DNA of 64,000 bases from the NCBI RefSeq assembly GCF_016432865.1, contig NC_067399.1, forward strand, positions 258,912,001 through 258,976,000, read 5' to 3'. The translations under genes were made by a program, and so were the position numbers. The notes below the pieces were generated by a model. It saw only the letters and a program-made list of their open reading frames with translations, searched no databases and had not been told where the DNA came from. Numbering within the stretch: the first letter of the stretch is position 1; each line of letters opens with the position of its first letter. This document shows positions 34,301 through 47,550 of this stretch, one piece after another. Source of the stretch: Antechinus flavipes (lineage: Eukaryota).

Positions 34301-37033
34301 AAGAGGTCAAGACTTGCAGCAGTACTGCTTCCCCTTAAAGTACCCAAAAGCCTGGCACTACGTATTTTTCTCCACTCATCTCATAAATAGAAAAGAGGCT
34401 TTGGGGTAAGGTGGATCATGAGAGCTCACCAAAGGAGAGTAAAAAATTAAGAGAACGGGACAGTCAGCAATGGAGTGGAGATGAAGTCCAAAAAAGGAGA
34501 CCAAGCCCAACCCTTTAAGAACAGGCTCCACCACTGAGATCCAGCTAACAGTGAGTCAATTTTCCCATTTTTGCAAAGCACAGAGAATAAAGGTAATAAA
34601 AAAGTTCTTCACAGAAGGTAAAGAGTATAACACCTATTATAATAATGTTCCTTAATGGATCTGGAAATAATGTAGATCCATTCAAAATCCTGAAACTGCA
34701 ACACTCCATACAGGGAAAGGTCAACGGAGCATGTAGCTAAGGAGGTCCAGTGATTGCCCTGCTCCATGACGACAGCATAAAATAGAAAAGAATGAACAAG
34801 CCTAATTCCAAGTGATCACTCCTGTTTCTTAGGGCTCAAAAGAGCTAAAACTTTAAGCAGAGGTAAATTTCAGTTTCTACACACAAGGAAGATTTCGATT
34901 TACCAGCCAGAGCTGGCACTATTAGTAGTAAGAACAGAAAAGACTTCCCACAGAAGGGAAACATTCTACAATGGTTTTTTTTGGTGGAAAAGCCAAAAGA
35001 GAAAATATACCTCCAGTTTGGGAAATCAAAGCAGATGTACCCAGTTTCCAAAGCAGATGGAAAAAAAAAATAGGTCTTAAAGATGAGGAAATGTATAAAA
35101 TCCCAACTCAGAATGCTGTCCAGAGAATCAGCCTACCCTAATTTCTAATTATGGAATCAACAAGCTTCTTTAGGGCCTCTAATATGAAAACCAAGTAAAG
35201 TGCCCAAAATGACACTGTGAATGTCACATAAGGTCTATAAGCTTTACCATTTACAGATGACAGTCCTTTAAGATAGAGGCATCCCAAAACAGATTAAATT
35301 GTAATCAGAAAATATTTAACAAAATAAAAATGCAATGGAATACAGATGTTAATAAGTGGTTCTCTAAATCATTATGAAGTCCAAATGGGGTTTAGAGGCC
35401 CCTATTTCTATTTGAGTTTGACATTGCAGAACAGCTTTAAAGGACAGGAAGTGGATTTTTCTATCATTAGTAGAGGGAACTTCCAAATACAGAAACTCCC
35501 TTTCATGAATACAAACATCACCTTTTCCATAACTGGCCTAGAATACTGAGTGGTTAAGACAATCACGCAATTACAAACCCAGCAGGTATCAGAGTCAGAA
35601 CTTGAATTTGGGCCTTTCTGATTCTGAGGTCTACTTTCCATCTTCCTGTTCTATGATCACTGAGCTGGATACAATCATGGACAAAACCAGCTAAAAAAAC
35701 TGTCCCACTTGCCTACCTTCACCTGGCAATAGCTCCAGGTGAGACCCTACAGGTTTCTCCTGCCTGAGCTATTTTTCTCCTTTTCTGAGGGACTTGTAAA
35801 GCTGGGCTTTCTTCCTTGGGATAAGACTATGTGTCACAGGATCAGAAGATTGGAACTTTAGAGCTAAAAGGAACTCAGAGGTCATCGGGTCATCTAGTCC
35901 CATCTCCTTTACAAGTGAGGGCCAGACATGTAAATTCATGTACCCAATATTACTCAGTAATAAAAATGGGACTTCAACCCAGCTCCTTGTATGCCAGTTT
36001 TCATTCTAAAGCACTGTACTGCCTTATATATTTTCATGTAAACAAACAGCACATCAGTTAAATTCTTTCTTAAAGCAGGCCCCATTTCCCATTTGACTGA
36101 CAAACCTTGGATAGGTATACCTGTATCCCTCATCTGTAGGGTGGCCCTCATCATCATGTGGTACAAGGAGCAGGTTGTATTCTATGTAGGAGTGTTGCAA
36201 TGATAAAACAGCATGAGACATTTTGACTCCTCCTTACACCATTACTAGGGAATTTTCTAATCTACACCTACAGGTGTCTGCCAAGAGGAAAAAGACAATG
36301 TGGGGAAAAGCTCAACTGCTTAATAAATTGAGGGAGGTCTGCTTCTCAAATCAAACAACAGTTTATAACAATCCAAATATCTGCATCAACTGGGCACAAT
36401 AGCCAAGAGCAAAACAAGTTAATATGGCCTCTGATCATTCAAAAGAGTGGCAATTCCAACCAATGGAAACAATTTATGACCTTACTCCAGATTTGGAACA
36501 AAGAAAAATCGTGATTTTTTTCTCTTTTTTAAAAAATTTCATTGTTACTTTCCACTAACCATTTCAGCTCCAATAGAGCTCTCTTGTGACAAATAAATTC
36601 AATCTAGTAGGAAGTTTTGCCTCTCAGTTATAATATAGGCAAAGGAGACAGAAAATGAGAAGTGAGAATATCTAGGGGCTATTAGAAAGCTACTAATCAA
36701 CTGGTAGAGGTGTAAATTGGTCCAATTAAAGAATTGAACTCCAATCAATAACACTGATCAATCATGACTTCAGAGAACTTTTGCTGAAGTATGATTCCCA
36801 AGTCTTGATAGAAAGGTGATAGATGAAATGTACCAAATGAGAAAGATGACAGTGAAGGAGAAGGAAATAAAGAAAAGAATATCAATAAAGCATTTCTTTA
36901 AAAAAAAAAAAAAAAAAAAAAGACTGGAATCATTTACCAAGTGCTAACCAGTCTAAGTAACTATCACCTGAATATATTTTTCCGATTCTTCCTTACTAGG
37001 GGCAGACCTCTGATTTCTCTCCTTAAATGTTAC

Positions 37034-39229
37034 CTTTTTTCTTGAGGACCCCATCTTGGTTAAACAGGATTTCTTCAGGGACAAATAGCCCCCAATCACT
37101 TCAATTTCATCAACAGTGGGGTAACGTTTCTTGAGTAACAACCCCACATTCTCACGGGATGCTTCAGGATCTTCAAGAGTTTTTCCTTTCCATTGGTCTT
37201 CCTCCTCCTCTTCCTCAGTATACAGTTCCCCATTTGGAGGGCTGAATCTTGCCTCAGGGGCAGCTGGTTTTCTATTAGGCACGACTGTGAATGTATTGTT
37301 GCTCAAGTAGTGAACTTCAGATTTGCTATTGGGCAGAGAGGGATGAGGTCGATAATGAGGAGCATCAGAGAATCTGAAAGCTGGTTTGGCCTCTTGGTAG
37401 GATTCATCATCTGAATCTACCTCATCAATAAAAGTAACAGGAAGCCCTGGTCTACTGGGTTCTTCAGGAATCTGGGTGATAGAGGAACTGAGGGATGTGT
37501 CAGAAATCTCAAAGCCCCTGCAAGGCTCTTGTTTGGAAGGTCTCTCTACAGAGGAGGATGTTACTACTTCTCTCTGCCACTTGTGGTTCACCTCTGAGAG
37601 AACGGTAGCTGTTTGTTTCTGAAGATCCCCTTCCTCTGCTGCCTGCAGGGCCTCAACACCCAAGTAATTTCCATAGGGAGGTACAACTTCTGGTGGGTGC
37701 TGGCTCCCGTTTTCCAGAGGTATATGGGTTAAATGGCCAGACTGAGAAGAAACACTGACCTTTCCCTTTGGCTGCTCAAAGGCTTTGCTCCCCACTGGAT
37801 GGCCAGTCCCAGAGTCCAGCATTTCCACCCTAGGCTTAGGGATGAAAATAAAGGAGTTTTTGGAGTTCATCCGGAGGTTAGCCAAGGCCTTAGCCTGGAC
37901 ATCCTCATCAGGGATGGTCTCTATATCTGGCTTGGGGGCAGGTTTGATCTCAAAAGAGTCATTAGAGCTGGTGGCTGCAGAAACCCACCTTCGCTGATTG
38001 GGAGTGGCACTGGCCAGGCTGTGTTTGGGGAATGTGGAAGAGGCAGCTGGAGTGGCACTGGGTCCCCCATTGGCACTGCCCATCGGGCAAGGGCCAGGGG
38101 AAAGGTGGAGGATAGGTGCCTCCTCCTCAGCATTTGGCTTCCGAATGTTGATGCTTTTGGAAGTACTGGAAGAGGATGGCACAGGCCCACCCACAGTAGG
38201 GAGGCCATTGGCAGGACCCAGCCGGGGCTCCGGGGTGGCCTCTATGACAGGTCCATTTGGTACTACTGTTCGGCCTCCTCTGGCCAGACCCCGGGGGTGG
38301 ACAGTGAAAGAGTTGCTGCCCGTCTTCTGGAGGAAGTCACTGAGCCGAGATGGAGCAGCTGCCGATGCCTGAAACCAGGCAGCTCTCTCTCCGACGCTGG
38401 GAGTACGTGGTCCAGAGCTGGGCAGGGAGGGGGAGGTCGCCGAGCTCCGCTGCTCGACTGCAGAAGGCTTTGGCACCAGAGGCCGGCTCCGCTCAGGGCT
38501 CCCGCGACGCCGAGGTGGGGACGGGGCCCGAGGCCGGGGTTCGCCAAGAGCTAGCGGGGAATCAAACTTCTCCAACAGACGGCTGACCCTGCCTGGCTGC
38601 GCGGCCGCCTCTACGGCTGTCCGGGGAGTCTCGTAGATGACTACCTCCGTGGCCCGGATCTCCGCCACTGAGCAGCCACGCCGGGCCAGCAGCTGCTGCA
38701 ATGGGTCCGGGCCCGGGCGCGGACCGGGGGAGCTCACCTCGTAGGGTCGTTGGCCGGGCAAGAATCCGGGCTCGGACTCGATTATGAGAATGTTGTCGGC
38801 GCGAATAGTGCGGATACCCGGAACGCGACTATAGAGCTCCAGCAGCTGCTGCACGGGTCGTCCCGTCGAGGACCGGGCCCCGGGTGCCGCGCCGCGCCCC
38901 CTCCGCAGCCGCTTGCGCTCAGTCTCCAGCCGCATGAAAGGGTTCTCCCGCAGGGGGCCCAAGCTATCGGCCAGCACTAGTCGTTCCGCCGCCGGGGCTG
39001 GCTCCCCCGGGCACTCGCCCCCAGCCCCGGCCACAGTTCCAGCTGCAGCCTCGACTCCAGCCCCACCGTCGTCCCCCCCAGCCAAACTCCGGGGCCCAGC
39101 CGCCAGGCTCGCCAGCTTGGCTCGCTTCCTCTCCAGTATCTCCCGTTTCCATGCCGGCAGCACTGAGCGGGAGCCGGACCCCGCCAGTCCATCGAGGCCC
39201 GGCGGCCGCCGAGACTCAAGGCTCGTCAT
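37034..39229 (-). CDS. TPRN: TPRN exon 1 (2196 nt, 732 codons); full protein 863 aa
   Basis: ATG at 39229; LPAWKREILERKRAKLA, LGPLRENPFM, GRVSRLLEKFD, RLSDFLQKTGSNSFTVHPRG, RPGLPVTFIDEVDS, LKKRYPTVDEIEVIGGYLSLKKSCLTK are taperin/phostensin-family blocks; AAG|gtaaca donor is phase 0 with exon 2. Confidence 0.96.
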
Positions 39230-39810
39230 GGTACAATGCAGAACGAAGGGAGGCGAAGTCCGGCAAATCCGCCCGAGCGCCAGTGGCCGGCAACCTGCCT
39301 GGCGGGCCGGCAGGATAGTGGACTGATGGAACAGCTCCTCTAGCCCGACGGCCCACAGCGGCCCGCTTTCCAGTCCGTGACCACGCCCCTACGCTTGGGG
39401 CCGCCTCCCATTGGGGAAGGCCCCTCAGGGCCCGCCCCGTGTGGGCTACAGCCACCTATAGCAGACGGGGAAAGGTTGATTCGGGTGCCCATGGGAGGAA
39501 GAATTCTGTTTATTGGCCATTGACCTTTCTTACTCCGCCCCCTGAGATAAAGCACTATTCGGTGGGGAATAAGATCATCTGCCAGGCCGATGCTTACTGG
39601 GAAAAGACTCCATAGACTCGCCCTGTATGTGCCCATATCACCTATTGGGGAAAGTGGAGGCGGGGTGAGGCGGGGGAACGCCCTCTCCCCCATAAACCCT
39701 GGAAAGAGCTATTCCTATTGGCTGACGATTACCCTTGCTCAACCCCTTGGGAAAAGGCACTCTTAATTGGCTGAGACTCCATCACCCGGGCAGGCACCCA
39801 ATTGGGGAAA
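38350..39810 (-). promoter_or_regulatory. TPRN CpG island and CCAAT-rich promoter
   Basis: CpG-dense; six CCAAT boxes on the TPRN sense strand at 39410-39805; GC boxes at ~39535 and ~39658-39675. Confidence 0.75.
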
Positions 39811-40139
39811 GACATCTTAGACCCTCCTCTTGGGTAGTTATGGTGTATCGTAATTACTTTCCTCCTCCTGCAGTTCCCTAGGAAGGCACTCTAGTGTAGG
39901 CTGCAATGTTCGTACTGGGGTGGAAAAGGGAGAGTCCTGGCCCAGAGCCCAGACACTTCCATGAGGAAGACAGTTTAGAGCTAGGAGTGATTAAACCTGG
40001 GCTCCACCTCTTCATGTGATCGTGAACCTTGTTCTTGCTGGCCCTGGGAAAACTGGAAAGAATCGGAATGAGCCAATTTTCTGACATATTAGCACCAATT
40101 CCCAGTGCTGGTGTCTCTAGTGTGGATTACTAGGACGGA

Positions 40140-40399
40140 GGGTGGCAAAGGTTTTTGTTGTCCAGTGGTATCCTGCTCTACTTGACGCGTGGACTTTGTC
40201 CATAGGATTTCCTTGGCAAAAATACTGGAGGAATTAGCCATTTCCTTCTCCAGCATGTGCTCAATTTACGGATGAGGAAGTGAAACTTCAGGGTTAAGTG
40301 TCTTGCCCAGAGAGACACAGTTAGTGTAGCCTGAAAGCGAATTAGAACTCAGGTCTTCCTGATTGCAAGTCCGGTGTTCCACTGCACCACCAGCTGCCC
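40140..40399 (-). mobile_element. MAR1-type SINE
   Basis: tttccttggcaaaaatactggaggaattagccatttccttctccag + CORE + agaactcaggtcttcctga...cagctgccc. Confidence 0.78.
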
Positions 40400-42192
40400 A
40401 GGCGGAAATTATTTAGGAAGAGTGGATCGTTCACTTCCTCGACAGTTAGCTTTGTTCTCATAGTATTTTGTTTTTATCACTAAATGTAAGCAATGACTTT
40501 TTGCCCAGGTCGTGGGAACAGACACTGGAGTCATCCAATGCCCTCATTTTACAAATGAGAAGAAAAACAGAATGGAGCTTTCTAAGTCCCAGTTCCAAGT
40601 TCACAATGTCCTCTGGGATTCCCTTTAATCCAGAAAAAAAAACAACCTGACCAGGAGGTAGGTTTGTTTCCTTCAGATACACCAAGTGAAATGCCAAAGT
40701 GGGAAAAGCCCAGAATTGTGAACCAAGGGACTTGATGTGAGAGGAATCTAAGCCACAAGAATCAAATGTTACTAACTCCAGCTGTGTTCCTACAATTATG
40801 AACTTTTCATTTCATTTTCTCCCATTTCCTAGGAAGCTTTACCTCTACATTATTACAATCAAGGAAAATTACTCATCTCCCACTCCCAAGTCCTAGTAGT
40901 AAAATAAAATGGCCATATAGATGACGAGAGTGAACTCTGTATGACCTGAGTGAGCCCTGTAAAATTATATAAAATCACAAAAAACCATGTCCCCTTTGAT
41001 CTATTCCTCCAAATGGTCTGGCATCCTCTCAGAGCAAGATAAGCTTTCTTGTCAGGAAGTCACAACCCCAGGCAAGGTTCATATTCAATTGAGAATTATC
41101 AAACTTCCCCTGGACTCAAACATAAAATGGGTCTTCAGAAAATGACTTTGCAGATCAATTCTCCCTTAAGAATGATATGCCCACCAAGAGAATCTCTCTT
41201 GGTGTTTCTTTAACAATAGTCTTTTTTTTTTTTTTATCATAGCCTCTGGATTTAGCGCTCAGTCTCCTCATCCATTCCTGCCTAACCTCATCATTTCATA
41301 GCGTCATCATAGTAACTTTATCTGTATCTGCCTCCAGCCAGGACCACAGGTTGGCCAGGAAAACATCCACGCCCTAGGCTTCAATAGACAGGATGCCCTT
41401 GATTTCACCATATCTTTCCAAGTTGCATTAGTGTGTTTAATTGACTACAGTGAGCTGAGGAAAGCAATAAGACATGGAAATCGTTGAGTAAAAGGATTGT
41501 GAAAAAATTGAGGGCACTGACATAGGATTTATAGTTTTAAGATGTACTTAAATCTATATTTAATCTCATTTGGGCCTCACAACCACCCTGTAAAGATCTA
41601 CACAGACATATACAAACATACATTATGTAATTTAAGTCATCAATACTTTTAGTAATGTTACCAATATATAAAATAAAAGGTAGTAAAGACTTAATTGTTC
41701 CCTTTATCTAGGATTATCGAAAATGGACTACTCCCAGATCATGCTACAATTCGTAAAAAAGTTAAGTGGGGGCAACGTTGTTAAAAGCTCAAGAATAAAA
41801 CTGGAAATGCAGAAATTATTGGAGCTGGCAGGAAAATACAATTATAATTCTAGTTATCAACTAGCTAAAATAAAAATCATATCTCATTAATTCTGGGGCA
41901 AACTAGTCAGGATATCTGGCAAACGGGGGTCCTGGGTCTCAAGCTTTGCTTTATCATCAGGAATTCATTGTTTCTTTTTTCTTTAGGAAGGGAGGTACAT
42001 AAAATAACTTATAATATTAGAGAAATGAACTGGGCAGTCAAACACATGGCCTGCTACCAGGGTAGCTTTCCTAATACAAGGCTCCCTGACAAAATACCAC
42101 TAAGAGAAGATCTCTGTATTTAGCAATACAACTGACCATCCCCCACCCATCCGCGCAAAGTCCAAAGAAATACTCGTATTCCAACAGTACAT

Positions 42193-42198
42193 TTTATT
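42193..42198 (-). terminator. Candidate TMEM203 poly(A) signal
   Basis: AATAAA on minus ~340 nt after the stop. Confidence 0.65.
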
Positions 42199-42535
42199 AA
42201 AAAGCAATTTCTAACGGCAAAGCTCCTTTACAATCTAGGCAATTAAACTGTCCAATCGAGAACTCATCTCAAATCAAGGAGACTGAAAACGAGGGAGAAG
42301 GGGCAGGAATACAACTCAAAGCAAAAAAAAAAAAAAAAAAAAAGTGGAAAAAAGGAATACCTCTATTTAGTGATCAGTGTTTTGTTTTGTTTTTTTCCAC
42401 ACATCTGCCCACCCTCCTGGAGCTAGGATGCAAAGCATGAAGAAAGCATGAAGAAAAATTGAGACCTATGGAACAGATTCTTCCCTGCTGGAATTCCTTT
42501 TCTCCAGTCCAACGCAGTGTCCCCTCCTAGCAGGG

Positions 42536-42946
42536 CTAATTGACACGACAAGCCCGGATCATGAGCAGTTGCAGAAGGATGAAGACTGGGGACATGATAA
42601 GGCCAAACCAGAGCTCCCTGGTCTGCTCCACCAGCTTCTGGCACAGCAGCATCTCAAAAACGAACTTGAGGCTGAGTATAGTGAGGATCCAGAAGAGGCG
42701 GAGCACCGCCAGCCGCTTCTCCCCATCCTGGAAGAGGCGCACCGACACAATGGTGGTGAAGTAGGTGCTGAGCCCGTCGGCGGCGAAAAAGGGCACGAAC
42801 ACATTCCACCACGACAGGCCCGGGGCCAGCTCGTCCACCCGCAGCGCCAGGAGCACAGAGAACACGAGCAGCGCCAGCACGTGCACGAAGATCTCGAAGG
42901 TGGCGAAACCCAGCCACTGCACCAGCTCCCGCAGCGAGAACAACAT
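42536..42946 (-). CDS. TMEM203: Transmembrane protein 203 (136 aa, single coding exon)
   Basis: acgATG at 42946; MLFSLRELVQWLGFATFEIF...LLQLLMIRACRVN-TAG, near-identical to the recalled human protein. The ORF track's 172-aa version starts at a TTG. Confidence 0.97.
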   Translation of the reverse strand: MLFSLRELVQWLGFATFEIFVHVLALLVFSVLLALRVDELAPGLSWWNVFVPFFAADGLSTYFTTIVSVRLFQDGEKRLAVLRLFWILTILSLKFVFEMLLCQKLVEQTRELWFGLIMSPVFILLQLLMIRACRVN

Positions 42947-43520
42947 CGTGCCGGCGCTGGCTCGGGGAGCAGCGGGGACCGGGACTCCGCTCTCGGCAGG
43001 GTCCGCTCCTGCCCGCCCGGAGCTGCGCAGCTCAATGGAGCCGTAACTCAACAAGGACCGGGCGGCGGCGGCTGCGGCTGCGGAAACAGGGACAGAGAGT
43101 CAGCAAGGAAGGGGGAGGGGACCAGGCCGGCGGCCCTCCATTAGCTTACGGTGGCCCTGGTCACGCGGTCAAATCTGGTCCCTGCCCCCCTGCTGACCGA
43201 ATCGCCACACCCGATGTCGGTAACCTATCCGCCCAACCTAGACTCCTGCACTCACCTCGGTGGTCTGAGCGGCTCCGCCCGCTACCGCCGCCGCCGCCGC
43301 CGCCGCCATTGCCATGGTGTGTCCGTCGCTCACCGATAGCGTCACTTCCCCCGGCACCGGAAGTCAGCCTCAGGAAGTCGCTTAAAGAGGTGGTGGTCTT
43401 TTTTCTGGCTCCCTTTCCATCTTTCCACCCCCGTAGCTCCGCTTACCTGTCTTGCTTTATTCCGGTCTCCGCCCTCCCCACAACCTGAGGCTCCGCGATC
43501 GAGTTTCCCTCTCCCCCATC
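42700..43520. promoter_or_regulatory. CpG island / bidirectional TMEM203-NDOR1 promoter with three ETS (GABP-type) sites
   Basis: CACTTCC 43343-43349, CCGGAAGT 43357-43364, CAGGAAGT 43371-43378; (CCG)7 at 43285-43305. Confidence 0.85.
43048..43315 (-). other. Putative spliced uORF in the TMEM203 leader (43315-43256 + 43077-43048; 29 aa)
   Basis: accATGG; donor GAG|gtgagt at 43256; branch-like ctgac, long pyrimidine tract and tttccgcag| acceptor at 43077; TGA at 43048-43050. Confidence 0.6.
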
Positions 43521-43739
43521 CCAGAATCCTTGTCCTCTCCCCATAGCTGTGTCCTAAACTCCAAGTTCTTGCTTCAGCTGTCATCCCGACCATTTTCACC
43601 TATGCCTACTCTGACTTCTACGCTCTGACCCACACTTCTTTTTGTCCTGCCTTCCTTCTCGACTCTGACCTCGCCTCAGTTTTAACCTTTTCCAATTATA
43701 CTGATTCCCCGTTAGAAAGGCTCGCTCCCCCAATTCTGA

Positions 43740-43970
<231 letters not shown>

Positions 43971-45107
43971 TAGACTCCTCAGCTTTGCATTCAGGAATGC
44001 CCCTGGCAGAAAGCAATGGAGGGAGGACCTGGGAATGTGTGTGTCCCTGCTTGCAGAGATGGACGCACTCCTACATCTGGGTTTCTTACGTGGGATGATT
44101 TAAAGAACTCCAGGAAGGTCACTTTAACCAAAAATCTTACCCCCACTTAGCTGTCATTGGGGCCTCAGATGATACCTTCTTGCCCACTGCTCCTGAAAAC
44201 AGCACAACACTAAGCCATTATTTACTAACTCTTTATTTTGAAATTAGCTTGTTAGACGTCTCCTCTCTGATGGGTAGCTGAGAACAAGAGAGTTAAACAG
44301 TACAGCAATATGAGTAAATATCAAGCGTACTAGTTATTGGAGGAGATAAGATGTTCAAATCTTAGGAATCAATGAACAAATTGTAGAGCTTACAATTTCA
44401 TTGTAGGATACAACACAAATATGATAATAATACGGGATATTACATTAACCAAACATTTGATAGTTGTAAAACAAAGTCTTATATGAGACTGAAGAGAAAG
44501 GGTTTGTGGAAGAAATGGTTTTGGCTTAATATTGGAAGATGGATAGAAGTTCATTAGATGAAAAATGGGGAAGGAATGCATTCTTGGCATAGAAAACAGT
44601 ATGAGGAAGGTTACAGAAGAGTGAAAGTATCAGGCAGGTTTCAAGGACAGAGTAATTCATACTGGCAGCAACATACTGTGTGTTGAGGAGAGTAATATAA
44701 GATAAGATTGCAAAAATAGAGTGGTACTTGATAGTGGAGGTCTTCAAATATTGTCAAGGAGTTGGGAAGGGGAAAACATTTGGGAATATAGGGAGCTGCT
44801 CTGAAAACTCAGAGTTGGAGGTATTTTAGCCAGAAGACAGTAGAGAGCTATATGGAAGATAATCAGGTAGGAAAAGAGGCCAAAAATGAGAACTAAGAAA
44901 ATGATAAACACAAATTTATATTCACATAATCTGATAAATTCCCTTCTGCTCACATTAATCCCCTTTTCTCTACATTAATCCAAATGAATTTGATCAGTAG
45001 AGACAGAATAAAGAGTAGCTTTAGGAGTTCTTATCAATTCTTCATCCACCTGAGCAACCAAATCTGATTCTAGGAATCTTTCCTGTTGAATAGAATGGGC
45101 ATTGTAA

Positions 45108-45341
<234 letters not shown>

Positions 45342-46573
45342 TGAATGTCTCTGGGGCCCTGAAAATCTGTCTTGGTCAGTTCAGTTCACCAAAATTATTA
45401 TTAAAACTTGTTAGGTTACTGGACTCGTAAGCCTTAAAGACATAAGAATTGCTATTCTTGATCCATCTAGGCCCAGTTCATGTCTTTGAATGGGTCAATA
45501 CAATAAATATTTTTGGAAGGCCGTAGTCATTCTTCTTGATATCATCACTCCACAGATTGGGGACATTTCCAGCTTCTCTTATTGACCTGCTGTCATATGA
45601 GAGGTTCACCTAAATGCAGGTCTTAATTGTATATTTTATTCCATATCATCTCTCAACTTTGATTTAGTTTTTATTTATTTCTTTCCAAGCCTTATGTATA
45701 CAGAACATATATATATGCACACATACATATACATATGTGTGTGTGTATGTATATATATAAGGTGTATATGTACACCTATACATACAGAATATAGATAGAG
45801 AATATAGTATACAGAATAATCTATGAAGAAATCTGTTCTCCAATTCTTTCACTAGTTTGTAAACTTTTTCTCATTGTTTTTAAAGGGTAAAACTAGTGAA
45901 TAGAAATGACAGAAAGGAAAATTTTGATTAGATTTCATGAAAATTTCTTAAAAATCAAAGCTGTCCTAAAGTAGAATAACTTACCTTTTTCCTTAGACAT
46001 CTTCAAGTAGTGGTTAGAGCATCACTTCAAGCATGTTATAAGATAGAGTTCTTTCATGTTCAGGTTGGATTAGGTTCCTTCCAGTTTTCAAATTCTGAGA
46101 TTCTGATTATAGAGTGATCTCATCTCTTCTCACTCTCCATATGTGAAGACTAAAGAGGCCTTATCTCCAGTGATCTACCATATGAGCTCTCCTTCTCTGG
46201 ACTTTGGCTGTTCTGTTATACCTATTTTGAGATCTAGCATTCAAAGCTGGGCTCAGAATTCCAGATCCAGGCACATTTTTACTGAATCCAAGATCTGAAC
46301 AACATGAATAATGCCATAATTATTAGACCCTGACATGAAATGTTTCCCAAGAAAAGCAAATTAACCTAAAATTACCCTACAGTAAGTAGCAGCCTGTTAT
46401 TTGGGGGAGATTTCCTAGAGTTGGAGTACTCAGCCAGACTGCCCTTACAGCCAGACTACCTGAATCTATGCCCCTGGAGCCCAGATTAGGGAGGTCTGCT
46501 TGCTCTAAGGAATACGCTGGGTTATGAGTTTCTCAGTTATCTAGACCTGTGGTATCTAAAAAAGCGGTTCTAA

Positions 46574-46678
<105 letters not shown>

Positions 46679-47412
46679 TGAGTGGAGTGGTTTAAAAGTG
46701 GGAGAAGATGAAAGACAGCCTGTCTTCTGAGGTTGACCCCACCCTGTGACCCACTTGTACTCCTCAGAGAAAGATGGACTCTGTGCTAGATATCTTTGCC
46801 AAGATGAACAGGTGCCCACCCTTTACAAAACTCCATTCTTTACTGATTCTTTTAGGTTTTTTAGTGTTCTGGCTAATAGCCTTCTGCAAGCTTAGAGACT
46901 GACCAAGAAATTAATCTCCTCCTTATACTACACACCAGTGCTACTATACTCTCTAGGATCCAGCCTCCTTCTTTCTCTAAGAGCCTCCTGAGTCCTAGTC
47001 ATGGGGTTACCTTAACTTGAGAGTTTGCCCATTTCTAGAACAGGTTCCTTTAGAACCTAAGATGACTCCATTGAAATCAAACCTCATTAAAACCTCTCTT
47101 GTAGGACTCCCTAATCACATCCAACAGAAGAGTGCCCAAAGCATGGTGCTGGGATAAAAAACACTAATCTGGAACTAAGAGACCTTAAACTCAAGTCCCA
47201 TTCTTGTCCATTCACAGACAAGTCCTGACCCTTTTTGAATCACTTCTGTAAAAATGGGAATAATAACTAACGAACACACACACACATGCACACACACACA
47301 TACAATCTCCCAGACTGACATTCTGCTGAAGGAAAAGGCTTTTTCTGAACAACGGTAAGATTACCTAAGAAGAGAAGCCCCCATAGTCTGAGAGATGGGA
47401 GTTTTACATTAG

Positions 47413-47550
<138 letters not shown>

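Noticed and set aside
37733-38586. 273-aa and other plus-strand ORFs antisense to TPRN exon 1
   Set aside because: Expected in a long GC-rich coding exon; no domain, promoter or poly(A) support.
42559-43144. 158-aa alternative-frame and 191-aa antisense ORFs over TMEM203, and the TTG-started 36-aa extension
   Set aside because: GC-rich shadows; the 136-aa product matches the known protein.
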